Assembly: GCA_905178155.1 (NCBI GenBank)
Contig: CAJINV010000014.1
Location: forward strand, 186,001-250,000
DNA: 64,000 nt
Origin: Amoebophrya sp. A120
Lineage: Eukaryota; Protista; Dinoflagellata
Reading direction: 5' to 3'
The notes beneath the pieces are model-generated. The model was not told the origin of the DNA and made no database searches. It worked only from the letters and a program-made list of their open reading frames with translations. Shown here in pieces: positions 23,901 to 36,014 of this stretch (its first letter is position 1; each line of letters starts with the position of its first letter). A program made the translations under genes and the position numbers.

Positions 23901-25107
23901 CTCCATCGTCCACCAGTCGAAAGCAGCGAGGCCGCGGATTCCCGTCCTGGGGCAAGGGTGTCACGCCGCCGACCTCCACGAACCCGAACCCCATATCGTG
24001 CAGAGCGGGAAAAACCTCTGCGTTTTTGTCGAAACCCGCCGCCATGCCGATAGGGTTGTCGAAAATCAGGCTAGTAGTGGATGTGTTTGTACTAGCACCT
24101 GCTGGTGCAGTTGCATCTTCTTTCATCTTGTCAGCGGCAGTGGTTGTCCCTGCGGAAAAAAACGAAAATCTTTTCTCCGTCGCTTGCTTCTTCTCGGTCT
24201 CAAGTAGATTTCTGGCAACGATTTCTGTACGGAGCGAGGGAGTTGGTGAAGATACAGGATTTTTCCCTTCGAAAGCCCCAAAGCTCTTGTCCTTCACGCC
24301 AAAATTGTTCTGCAATAACAGCAAGGTGAAGTTGTGCGCGTCCTCGGCGTCAAGCAACTGCTTCAACGCGGGGACGCCAATTTGGTCGACCAAAAAGACG
24401 TAGAAACTGGTACTGCGAATCTCGCCCAGGTCGTGTTGGATGGCGAACGTCGCGCCGGCGGTGCCGGCTGCGAGAAAAAGGAGGAAGCGGAGGAACGGAG
24501 AACCAGAGGTAGAGGACCCGGAGTTTTGGTTTTCTGTATTGATGTCTTCCGATCCCCCGGAAGTGGTGGCGCTCGTCGCTGCCGCCGCAAAATTTCGATG
24601 AGCAGGGTTGTTGAGCAGCAGATCACGAATGGTAGCTTGTTGGCAACTGCTCAGATTTTTATTGCCTTTTATGGTCTTCGTCGTGGTGAAACATGACGAC
24701 CTGCTGGACAAGAAGCTCTGCGAGTACGATAATTGCGAACACGAACATGGTATGAGTCCAGAAGATCCTCTGTCTGATATTTTTGGACGTCTTCCGTCCG
24801 TGGTGGAGCTCGGCCTCGCACAACTCGATGAAAGCACGGCAAGACGACCTGCTGTGGCTGATGTTGTGCGCCTCCCTTCATCCGACGGCCGGCGCGTTGT
24901 CGACGTAGCGACGCCGTGGACTGGATAAGGACCACTACCAAGCCGCTTTATTCCTGAACTGCAAACAAGTCGGCGACGCTGCAGGGCAAACAGGCTGAGA
25001 TCCCCACGACCACGACGATTCGACGCTGAGGTGGGGACGAGCAATCTACTGCTGCGTTGTAGTGCCAACCTCGAAATCGTGCTAGTGCTGACGTGTTGAT
25101 GCATCAT
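20988..25107 (-). CDS. DHODH: Dihydroorotate dehydrogenase, class 2 (mitochondrial, quinone-type), about 665 aa, 9 exons
   Basis: Exons 25107-23757, 23466-23392, 23132-23096, 22843-22801, 22613-22497, 22112-22072, 21777-21765, 21463-21325, 21169-20988 sum to 1998 nt. Motifs: [86 protein letters not shown]. Has an N-terminal presequence and TM anchor. Confidence 0.96.
21175..21324. mobile_element. Introner family B (in DHODH)
   Basis: TSD CGATT; removal restores VGGIASGQDA. Confidence 0.95.
21469..21764. mobile_element. Introner family F (in DHODH)
   Basis: F-type TIR; TSD GTCGG. Confidence 0.93.
21783..22071. mobile_element. Degenerate introner, readable as a GT-AG intron (in DHODH)
   Basis: TATCAAA/TTTGATA ends; TSD TCTTT/CCTTC. 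Confidence 0.75.
22387..22496. mobile_element. Introner family E at the edge of an older intron (in DHODH)
   Basis: E-type TIR; TSD CACAT. Confidence 0.9.
22619..22800. mobile_element. Introner family L (in DHODH)
   Basis: TATG..A.G.AAAT.TC.CGTAC ends; TSD CTGCT/CTGGT. Confidence 0.82.
22849..23095. mobile_element. Introner, C-like (in DHODH)
   Basis: GCTCA...ACAATCTCAA inverted ends; TSD TCCTT. Confidence 0.87.
23138..23391. mobile_element. Introner family A (in the DHODH catalytic loop)
   Basis: A-type TIR; TSD GACAC; removal restores NVSCPN. Confidence 0.95.
23472..23756. mobile_element. Introner, J-like (in DHODH)
   Basis: TAT.CAA.AA.AA.AAAC..GTGT.TAGTGTA inverted ends; TSD TTTGA/TTTGC. 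Confidence 0.85.
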
Positions 25108-26121
25108 TTTTATATATCGAAAAACTTTTTAAAACTAAAGCTAAACTTACAACGCGAAAAATTTCATACTAAATCAATTACCAGTCGTAACCGCAATCAA
25201 GTATGTTGTACGAGATGAAGTAAACTCTTCCGTTGAGATGAAGTGTAGATGCACACTTTTTTCCTTCTCTCTGGTGCCTCCCCGTCCTCACGACGCCGGG
25301 TTTTTATTTTTTGCTTCCAGTTGTGGTTCTGCTTATTACTTAGCCCCTAGTAGTACTTCTACAACAACCTGCGTGCGCAACTGTGTACGGAAAAGAGAAC
25401 AACCCTCTCAGAAGATTCGTGATCCAGGAAGCAGCAGTAAACTCTGTGGAAGCAGCTCCGAGAACCACGTGAGGCCACGGCCACGGGCTTCTAAGTCTAT
25501 CAGCTACATCAAGATTCATTTTCTCTTTATTCATGTGACAATAAAGTAGGAGCTCAATCAAAGGTGTACACTGTATTTTACGATGAAAAGGGTGGGAGGT
25601 GTCGTCATGTTCAGGATAGCAGACTAGTTGTTTGATGGGTAGACGTGCTTCACTTCGTTTCTGGTTTTGTCATAATTTTTTCCGTCGCTAATAGAAGGGT
25701 AGATGAGTGGTTTTGATTTGCTTTTCTTGAGTTGTAGTCATTGAGCAGGCTCTATGACTTTCAGTAGTCGTAGTCCAAGGCAGTATTGTACGGATTTTAT
25801 TCATTATGGAGGTGGTATGGCTGTGGCAGTTTTGCAACTCTTCACATGTTGCTGTGACTAAATGTACAGTTTTCGTTTCGATAGTGTTTTCTCAACATAG
25901 AGCGATGGGGTTGTACCCAACGAAAAATATTCGTATCATCGCTTCCGTCTCTGGTAAGTATGGATGATTTTTGCTCCGGGCCATACCCAGAGAAGATACT
26001 GCTAAAGCTACGTGTGCGTTCATTAAACAACTGAGAATCAATGAGGTTCTGGATTCGCTTCCTAGTTTGAAAATGAAAACCCCGGCGATCCCATTTATTT
26101 AAATTGCGAATTCCGACAATA

Positions 26122-29100
26122 TCAGACCTGATTCACCTCTCCCACGACCCCCAAATAAAGCAACTGCAGGACAAGACCCAGGAAAACGGTGAGGAAGTAG
26201 CCACTGTTCTGGAAAACCGAAGTTGCGTCGCTCATGACGATCTTGATCCTTGGCGGTCCGGGGTACGTGATGTTCAATTGCTCGAGCTCGCCCCACTCGG
26301 TTTCCAGGCTGGTAATCACGGGGAACATGCTGGTGGTCTGGTCCGAAAGCAGCCCATTCATCTCCGCTTCCGTCAGCGCCAGGTTCAACTTCGCGACAAA
26401 TGTGCTCGCCTGCGTCCGCTGGATGTCCGCCACGAGAGAACTGATAGATCGAGAAAGTTTATCATTTCACCGATGTGCAAAAAAAAGTACATTTTTGTAT
26501 GGATGAATGCTGCGCGAGAGGCTGCGCATACCAGCATCACATTCCGGAAATCTCATGTCGATGTCCGCATGACCATGACGAATTCGAATCCCAAAAAATA
26601 CAGAAGATTCTAGTAAAACTAAAGGGTGGATGTAATGCGTCATCATCGTAAGTAAGTACTTTGCTGCTTCCGTCGACTGCACCTGCACACTGTAGTCGAA
26701 GCGAACCAAGGCCGTTTGTCGCATCACTGGTGTTGAGGACGTTGTGCTGGTCAGTCTCCGCGCGAAAAGCTTCTGCCACCAGGGCTTTTTTCGCTGCGGC
26801 TGCGAGTAGGTGAGGAATTTCGGCCGCTTGTACACTTTGGCGCTGTCGTGAGTTGCCAGCTTTCGTCTACCTGCCGGAACAACGGAGTTTTTCGCACTTT
26901 TCTGGTCTTCCGCCGCCTTCTCAAGCTCCGGCCGCCGGATGATTTCGCGCAGGACTCTGGGCGTGTGTTGCTCCTGATTCCCTTGTTCTTGTTCTTGTTC
27001 TTTCGGATCTCCATGGTGATTTTTTGCGTTTCCTTTTGCTTGTTGTTGTCCGTAGTTTTGATTCGCAATTTCGTGCAGAGACCACAACAAATTCGGGTTT
27101 CGTGCCTGCTTCACGTCGGCCGTAGTTCTGCGAACCTCGACGATGTTGTTGACGACGTCACTTTGCGTCGACAGCACACTCATGCTGGACAACTTCACGT
27201 GGTTGCAATCGAGCGAGATTTGCCCGGGGTTCGACCGCAGCGCCGCACACGCCCCCTGCTCGTAGGCACTGACCAGCTGTAGATATTTTTCATTTTGGTA
27301 TCTTTTCATGCCCGTAAACTAGAATGGAGGACGTAGAGGTCAAGGTTTAGTATCTATGTATTAACAATTTAGCCACCAGCACTGTAGTGCCTGTGTGCCC
27401 AGCTGCTGCAACTACAGCTACTAACAATCTACAACTTTGAGAAAATACTAGATGTAGCACTTGTTACCTGTGCATCCTGCATGAAAATTGCGATGGTAGT
27501 CGCTGCTGGCGTGGACGCCGGGATGCGCAAGGTGACGTCGCACCCGAAATTTTGCCGCATGAAGGCCGTGTCGGCGTCGGTGCTGGTGGTCTCGTTCGCA
27601 GCCATATAGATTGTAAAAGTGTCTGGGTCTGGAAGTTTGCAACTTGTCATGCTGTTTTTGGACTCTAAAAAAATTTGTATTGCATGACCAGCAAGAGGGG
27701 TACAGTTTGTCCTACACGGACAGTGCATTTCTCATGCGGAAGGTGCATCAGGAAGCCCTCTACAAGTCTGTGATGCTAGGTCATGCGTTACAGGCATCAT
27801 GGATCATGAGAAATATGCATGACAAAGCTTGCATTCTTCCAGACCCAGACATTTTTGCATTTGATAAGCCACGGCGACCTGCACCGGGCCGCCCGCCTTC
27901 GGGGCCGGGGTGTTGCTCACTTGCGAGCTCCCTCCGTTCAAGTCCGCGGGTTTATCGGGGAGTGGGGCCGCGGGCTGCAGCGTGACAAAGTCCGAGGCCG
28001 TGTAGCCGCCCTCTTTAACCGTGGTGGTCGTGGTGGTGGTCGTGGCGGCGGCTTGGTTACTACTGCTTGCCGCATTCGGGTCGGCGGTGGCTGTCGTGTG
28101 TAGTGTTAGGTTGCTTGGTGAATAAAGTCATCAGATACATATGAACTTTCCTGGTGCCTGGAATCGAAAAAAAAAAAATGAATTATACATGTGTTCTTGT
28201 TATGAAGAACAACACACGACCTGCAAAAGCATGGAGTGATAGATCGTTGAGCTCCTTTTTTTATAACTAATTCTGAAGATCAACTACATGTTGCATCAAG
28301 ATCAACAACGCAGCTGATCGCCCAAAGAGATATGGAAGCGTCAGGTTTGAAATCGTCAAAGTTGAAATAATCTGTAATGCATAAAATGCATGGCCCGAGG
28401 TCCGTGTGTTGCAGAGCAGGCAAGTGAGGCCGATTGTAAGCCTGTTTGGGGTTACAGCTCGAGCTCCAATCGCTCTTCTTTGCCTAAATAGCATGACAAA
28501 CTGGATTTAGGGACCACCAAAATTTGTCATGCGCCACTTACAAACTGGGTTCCAACTGGCATCCATTTTATGCATGGCAAATTATTTGGTTAACAGACCA
28601 GAATCTCAACGTTCTTGTCTCAACGTTCATGAGGCCGACGGGCAATCGTCTCAACGATTGCCCGGCGGCCCCAAACAACGCTCGTCGGCAGCGGCGGAGA
28701 GGTACGCCCGCCGCCATTGACGCGAGGCGGGGTCGATGAGACACAAGGAGGGCAAGGACGCGGCAACACACACGGGCAGGGGCGCGGGTGTGGAACACAG
28801 CACAAGGAAAGGAGAGAGTCGTCGGCCAGGGCAGCCGCCGCCGGCCGGCCGGCCGGCGGCGGCTGCCCTGGCCGACGACCAGAACCCCAAACCCTAGACC
28901 CTAATCCCTAACCTAAACGGTGCCGAAGTTGAGGCGTCGGTGTCAACGTTGGGGCGTTTTGTCTCAACGTTGAGACAAATTGGCGTGGTTGAGATTTTGG
29001 TTTGTCAACCAAATTATTTCAACTTTGTCGACTTCAACTCTGACACATCCATAAGAAATACTCGTAGCGTAAGCTCCTCCCCAGAAGTCCACTGGCGGCT

Positions 29101-31008
29101 TCCAGGGCGCGGCTAGGGTCACAATGATGGTCGTGGTGGTCGTGGTTGTCGTGGTCGCGGGTATCTCGGTCGTCGTGGTCGTGGTAGTGGTTGTCGTGTT
29201 CTGCGCGAGCGCGCCGCCATTCGGGATGGTCAGGAACAGGTCCGCGTAGTCTAGGAAAATAGAAATAACAAGGGGAGTATCAACTGTAAAAATGTCTGGG
29301 TCTGGAAGAATTCATGTTTGTCATGCTTGTCTGGCATGGCTCTTAAATCTGTCATGCACGTTACCCAAGAGCTCCGCTTTTCTGTGATGCAGAAGCGCAG
29401 TTTGTCATGCAGAATAGGCAACACCTAGGAGCTCAGAAACCTGTCATGCTGAGCCAGCATTTGCAGCCTCATCATGAGACGCCACCCAGCATCACAAGTT
29501 TCCAGACCCAGACATTTTTACATTTGATAGGGAGCTTGTTGGTGACTTGATGTTGATTTTGGTTCCTGCAGGGGTTGATGCGATTTTTTGCCTTCTTGCG
29601 GCAAGAACTCTTCTTGCTGCACTGTGCGCCGATCGTCCAGCTGGAGGAGGTTTCTTGATATTCGGAAATAACCTTCATCCTCGCGGCTGGATGAAGATGC
29701 ATCATCCACAGCTGTGGTATTAGATGAAGTTGATCCTGCCAACAGCGGCATATTGTTCTCTGCAAGAAACAAGGAGTCCTCGTCGCTGAAGAAAGTGGAC
29801 TTCTGTCTGTCCCGGGTGGAAAGCAGGGCCAGAATCAGCCAAACAGGCTTCCAATTTTGCAGCCAGGAAGAGAGGTGGACGGTCGGCCTGGTTGTACTTG
29901 TTGGTTTCCCGGCGGGTGTCGTCGGTATCTTCGCCGTAGGAGAACGCTCGACGGGAAGATTTTTCCTGTTGCGTCTGCGACGCGGACGCGAGCCACTGTG
30001 CAGACTGCAAAAGTCCTCGGCGTGGTAGGTCGGATATCTTCGCAGCTCCTGTGGGTTTCCTCCAGTTGCCTTCCCCAGCGCACGTGGTGACAAGGACTCT
30101 AACCTTCTAGAGAATTGTTGAACAGTACCCCTGGTGTCCACGTGCTGCGTTCTGGATGTCCTCCACTCGTCTTGTTCATCTACGACGAGTTTTCGATTGG
30201 CAGACGGGAAGGTACTAGACGCACAACTGTTCTGCGAACCACTACTAGTGGCGCAGCTGCTCGTCCTGCGGGAAGTATTATTAGCAGGGGATGAAGATGA
30301 GCAGACGGCTTCTACTTCTACTCGCTTGCTGCCACGGGAAAAATGAAAATCTCGATCGTTTTCGTTCGCGTTCCTCATCAACTTTGTTCCTTTCTTTTTT
30401 TCCACCACATGAGAGGAAGTTGACGGTGTTCCCGTACTACAAGAAGGCACCGGTGCTCCTGGGGTAAAAACATTCTTGCAGGTGATCTCCCTTCTTGTTG
30501 TTCTTTCTGTTACGCTCTTATTTTGATCTTCGCCACCTCGAATGACGATGACCCTGCTGCTGCTTCTGGAGGTAGACCAAAAAGCGGTGGAACTAACGCT
30601 GGTGCAGCTGCTCAGGCTACCGCAGGAGCGAGTTGTCTCTCCTTCTGGGTTGCAGTGATACTGCTCGCCATCCGGCTGAGGAGGTGCAGGTGCGCTCCTA
30701 GTAGAAGAGCAACAGGACCGCGCAACTAGTTCTTCCCCTGCAACTGAATTTCGAAAAAACGAGGACCTTCGTCCTTGCACCGGCATATTTCTTTTCGTCT
30801 CCTGTTGCAGCTCTTCACGACCCACAGCGTTAACAGATCCATCGCACGCGGTCGCGGTCGCGGACGAGGTCGTTAATCTTGCTGCATCACTAGAGTTGGA
30901 TATACTAATTCGCCGCGCCAGGTGCGTGCGCTGGTCCTCCTTCGCCCGATCTTTTTCTTCGTCTCGCGGGTGTTGCGAGGACGAGGCTGAGGAGGCTTTG
31001 TATACCAT
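26122..31008 (-). CDS. Hypothetical multi-exon protein with Thr-rich mucin-like tract and hydrophobic C-terminus (possible surface protein)
   Basis: ORF 29518-31008 splices across introner 29278-29529 into a poly-Thr exon. Further ORFs are 26467-27309 and 26122-26433 (ends FLTVFLGLVLQLLYLGVV). Several junctions are unresolved, so this could be more than one gene. Confidence 0.5.
27605..27866. mobile_element. Introner family A
   Basis: A-type TIR; TSD AGCCA. Confidence 0.92.
28588..29010. mobile_element. Non-autonomous Mutator-like (MULE/MITE) element nested in an introner
   Basis: 23-bp imperfect TIR GGTT[AG]ACA[GA]ACCA[GA]AATCTCAAC; 9-bp TSD AAATTATTT at 28579-28587 and 29011-29019. Confidence 0.85.
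28818..28879. repeat. Perfect 62-bp GC-rich palindrome
   Basis: GTCGTCGGCCAGGGCAGCCGCCGCCGGCCGG followed directly by its reverse complement. Confidence 0.97.
29278..29529. mobile_element. Introner family A
   Basis: A-type TIR; TSD GGGAG. Confidence 0.93.
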
Positions 31009-32058
31009 CTTCTGGAGGAGCTAAGATAGAAGTCTACAAACTACACGAGCAGTGCACAAGAGATTTTTTTTCGCTTTCTTTATATCTTTGCCTTTAGCGT
31101 TTAGGGTTTAGCTTTAGTCTTTAATGTTTCAACCTGCATACAACAAGTAGTTGTGTCTGGCATCGACGCAGACACACTGGCGAAGTTGATCAGCGACAGT
31201 TGGAGATAAGTCAACAATTATAGGAGGTGGGGGTGAGACTGATTCGATTGAAAAATATAACCGAAACCGAGCCGCCAACATCAACATGCAAGGAAAAGAC
31301 AGACTCAAATTCTTCTCAGTAAAACTGCCGAAAAGTTTTCAATGGTCCGAGGATCGCAATCGAGGTTCAACAGGAACAAGTGACGATATTGGGGTCCTGC
31401 GAAAGTTTTTCGATAGAAACGATATCCGTCTTCAAAAGACACCCATCGATCCGCACGATGCCCTGCCCCACATGGAATGAAAATATATAATCATCAGGCG
31501 ACTCTGTACGAAATTTGCTAACTGATCACCCAGACCGACGTCTTATCCTGTTTTTCGAAAAAAGCTACACGACCCGGCAGCGACAGCGACAGGATACCTT
31601 GTTTGTTGATATGGCTACTGGCAAAAAAGCACATCTCGAGTGACCCTCTCGAGAGAAAGCACGTCTTTGGTGCTGCAATGACAATGGAGTGATTGGCGAG
31701 AACAATCAGGTAAATTCTTCTTGACTAGACGACAGGCATGCTCTTCATTCGTAGAGATGAACCGACTTTCTTGTACCTCGACTCTGTTAGAAACGCGAAC
31801 ACTCAAATAATAGTTTATTCCATAGCGCGTCCTATTGCTGGAACAGTGCTCCTATTTTTCCTTGCACGGAATTCTAGGAGGACAATTGTGGAGCCCTGAC
31901 GTAATAAATGCGAGTTGGAGTTCTGAGTCACCTTCTAGTTAACTTTCTTCATTTATACCTTTTATTTTTCACGTATGGTATTAAAGTCGCGAGGTCCATT
32001 TCATTCTGACACATCTTGCAACAGGTTCGGCTGCAGCTTGTGCTTTGCTGCTTCTTTG

Positions 32059-35000
32059 CTACGCAGCGAAAACCTGATCAATTGCTTCGACCGAATTCAC
32101 AATCGCTCCTCTTTCCCCCTCCTCTTCCCCAAACGGAGACGCATAGCGGGGCGGTAGCGGCTTCGGCCTTCTCAAGTTGTCATTTTGGTCAGCGTGGTAC
32201 TGGTCTACCTCGTCTTCTGTACCATTTTGCCCTAACCCTAGCGCCGCGACCTGCTGCGCTTCGAACTCTCGGTACTGGTTAAAGCTCCGGTTTGCGATGT
32301 AGTCAAAGTGCACCTGCTTCCAGTCGCGGTCCAAACTACCAAACCCGCCGGTACTACGATTTACAACTTTTCGGGTTGATGTAGTAGTGCTACCAGAATC
32401 TTCTTCCGCACCCCCAGCAGTATTATCTGGATGAACTTCTGCATTCCTCTCAGGTCGTGTACCTCCTGTCCTCGCTCCAAGCCCACTGCTGGTATTGTTG
32501 TCCAGGTTCAACTCCCTCGCAATGCTTTCCCCCAACCGCATGGCCTGCAGTAAATCCTTCCGGTGGTTCCGCAACCCGCCAGTCGCGGCTTGGTTATCGT
32601 AATGCGCGAAGTGATTCCGCCCAAACTCAAAACGCACATTCTTGAAGTCGCACTCCGTCCGGTTCAGAAAACGCCGGCTGTCGAGGGACTCGAGCTGGCT
32701 GCCGAAACTGCGGTCGGCATTCGCTAGGGCGGAAACAGGAACGCTCTTGCTTCTTGACGGCGCTTGCATATACAACTCGGATGCTGGGGGAAGGTCCTCA
32801 TCATGTGCACCAGTGCTGTTGTAGTACCCCCCGACGGCTGTACCAGCTCCGGGCGTTGTCAAATAAGCGGGTGAATCTTCAGTACTAAAATCGCCCCCGC
32901 CGCCCTCGTCCAGGAGCGCCGCACCGCCTGTCTGTTGCTGCTCCCAAACTGCACCGCTGTAGTGCCGCATGCGGCCCAGTAAGGCGTCCTTCATTATGGG
33001 ACTCTCAAATGTTACATTCTCAACTGTTACGCGATTTGTAATGCAGAACTGCCATCAGTATCTACTTACATGATCGAGCTGCGTCGCATGACAAATTCTC
33101 GAAGAGCCAAACAGGCCGAGAATCTGTGCCAAATCTGTCATGCAGGACGCGCTAGCTCTCCTCTTTCACGTTTATTGCCATTCTTGCATTACAAATTCAC
33201 GTAACAGTTGAGAATGTAACGTTTGACAACATCATATTCATGTCGGAGATCAGCTCCGTTTCGTTCAGGTAATGCTCCTATGCACTGCAAAAGTATCGTA
33301 CTAGTATAAATTGCATATACAAATTTTTCCAAGGACACAAATGCAATTTGTAATGCTATTTCAGGTAGAAAATTGGATTTGTCATGCATATCTGCAATTA
33401 GTACGAGTCCGATGCTTTTGCACAGGATAGCTCCTCCAGATCTCGGACATGCATCTCACCCTCCAAGGCGGAAGAAGCCGCTTCGCGGTTGTACTGCGTA
33501 TAAACAGCAAGAAAGATCATGTCTAGGCTCTTTGGGAAGGACGAATAAAGCGGGTTAGTTTATCATGCATATCTTTAGACGCTGACTGTTAAGGTCCGTC
33601 TGTCCTCGTGATGCAGCCACAATATGACAATATTGAAACGCAAACGATTACTTCACTGACAGCTCCTTTTTGTTAAAGGCGAGCGCTGTTGTTCATCTTC
33701 CGCAAGAGTCGTTCTGACGACCTCGACCCTGCATGGAATTTGCCTTGTCATTGCTGTGAAAGGCTCTATTCAATTCATGATTTGCTGTTCAAGCATGACA
33801 GGTTTTTTCTGCTCCGGATTCTTCTGGAGCATCACTTTCACTAGTTTATTCAGTCCACCTCACGACGTCCTTCCACCAGAACCCCAGACCAAATTTGCAT
33901 CACTTACCGGAGTTCGAACTCCAAGTTCGTCATTATGGAGTTCGCAAGTGTTACTGTTACATTCTCAACTGTTACATGAATTTGTAATGCAAGACTGGCA
34001 AAAGTGAAAGGAGGAAGATTGCGCCTTTTGCATTACAAGTTTGGCGCAGATTTAGATGCTATCTAGCCCTTCCGAAATTTGTCATGCGAAGCAGCTCGAT
34101 GATCTGCCGGCTTAAGGTGCTTTTGCGTGACAAATTCATGTAACAGCTGAGAATGTAACGTTTGAGAACGCCATAGTCATTTCTGCCAGCTGTTTTTTCA
34201 TCTGGTCCAGCTCTGCCGGGTGGTGCTGTCGTGCGTGCGTATTACCAGCGCTTTTGATCTCCTTTTCCAGCTCCAACCGGCTGGCTTCAAACGATTTCGG
34301 CAAGGACCACGGGTCGGGTCTGAACCCGGGGATTCGCCCCGGCTGTGGCGGAGGACTCGTGTTAGTGTTAGCAGAATTGGACTTCGATTTGCTTTTCGTT
34401 TTCAACCGCTGTGCATCTCCGACGTCAGCAGGAGCTCCTGGGGTCGCAGTGTCCACCGTCGACCGCCCAAACAGCGGCCCACGGCCCGAGGGCGAAGACA
34501 ACGCGTGTGCGGCGTGCATCATGGCCGCTGCTCCGTGTCGGAAGTTGTGCGACGGTGGCTTCATGATATTTTTTCCCCCTGCTCCGCCACCGCCGGAAGT
34601 GGAACTGCTACCCAGAATACGGTTGGGCGGCGGGTGATAGTGCTTGTCATTCGTCGTGTTTCGCGTTGCACTTTTTGCTGCTCCAAAAACTTTGTTCCGC
34701 AGGAGCTCGCCCCGCTTGTCGTTGATTTGCAAACGCCCGGCTGCATTGGGTAGATCGACAAACTGCGGACTATTTTCAACCGCCACATGATCTTCGCCAC
34801 GCTCGTCGTACTGTTCATCTTGATCATCGAAGTCCTCGATATTCTCCTGAGCGGCAGCTGCACTAGCACTTCCGGAGTTCACCAATTGTTGCCCCGTCAA
34901 ATTGATGTTGATCTGGATTGGCTTGTTTTTACTGTTGCTACGACTTTTCCTGCTTGCTGCAGCTACTCCCGACATTGATTCCTCATCTCTGTAGTTCTTG

Positions 35001-35578
35001 CCCGCTGCTGGATCGCCCTCAGCCCCGTCGCGCGGATGATCTTCTGAAAAAACATTACCAGGGTGCTGCAATCCCTTCGCGTGCCTCGTCAAGGTTTCCG
35101 ACATTGCTTCGACCCACTTCTGCCGCTGTTCTTCCTCCCTCTCACGCATCGCCTGGTCCATCTGGAGGAGCTTCTGTTCGAAAAAACTGCTCGTTGTATT
35201 TGCTTCTCCAGGAGCGTTTGATCTGATCGTCGCGGTGGTGGGTGTCATAGAAGTCCCTACTTCTTGTTCAACATCCACTGAGTCAGTGTTGTACTGTTCT
35301 TGCGCTTTCTTCTTGTTCATCTTCCCCTTGTTCTGTTTCATCAAGATTGCGCTCAGCGCCACGCTGTTCAGATTTGCTTCTCGATGGTGGTCGTCCTCGT
35401 TTTGTCTGATTTGATTCAGGTACTCCAGCACCTCCTCCTCGGCGCCCTGGAAAAAGTTGCTGACTTTGCTTTTCTTGGTTCTGGCTTGACGTTTCTCTGC
35501 TCCAGAAGCCGCGTTCTTTATCTGGTGTGCGGTTTGTTCTTCGAGTGGGCTTTCATCGTTCTCGTCGGCTACAGCCAA
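32059..35578 (-). CDS. Hypothetical multi-exon protein
   Basis: ORF 34136-35578, small exons (MTNLEFEL; EEHYLNETELISDMK) and ORF 32059-32994, linked across three introners. The 33500-33900 junction is unresolved. Confidence 0.65.
32995..33236. mobile_element. Introner family C
   Basis: C-type TIR; TSD TTCAT. Confidence 0.92.
33279..33429. mobile_element. Introner family B
   Basis: B-type TIR; TSD GCTCC. Confidence 0.92.
33934..34175. mobile_element. Introner family C
   Basis: C-type TIR; TSD GTCAT. Confidence 0.92.
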
Positions 35579-36014
35579 AGGGCCTTGTCTTGTTCGCTTA
35601 CGCTTGCCCGTGAGGAGAGGATTCGTTCCCAGAGAGAACGCCTGCTCCTCCTCTTCGTCAATGTCCTCTTCCTACTGTATCCTGGGAAAATCTTGAGTCA
35701 ACTGCACCAAACGGTCTGCATTAATAGAGCTTGAAGACGCAACACAACATAGTTCTGTAGAAAGTGGTGGCTTTCTTGTTCTTTAGCAACTGCTACGCAC
35801 CTTCTTTTATACCGCTTTGCGAAGAAAAAAACCGCATGCCCATGAGGCATTATCATTCATTGAGTGCGAGCAGGAGCTGTGCGTGTGCTCCGCTGACAAG
35901 TATGTTCCTTGACACAGGGTCTGTGTCTGTCTCTGTCACGATGCATTGATTGATTTTGCGCACACTCATACTTAAAAAAACACAGGGTCGTCGTGTGCCA
36001 CGTTTGTATTTGAC

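Larger units (their letters stand above)
28331..29053. mobile_element. Introner family F carrying a nested element
   Basis: F-type TIRs; TSD AGAGA/AGAAA. Confidence 0.9.
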
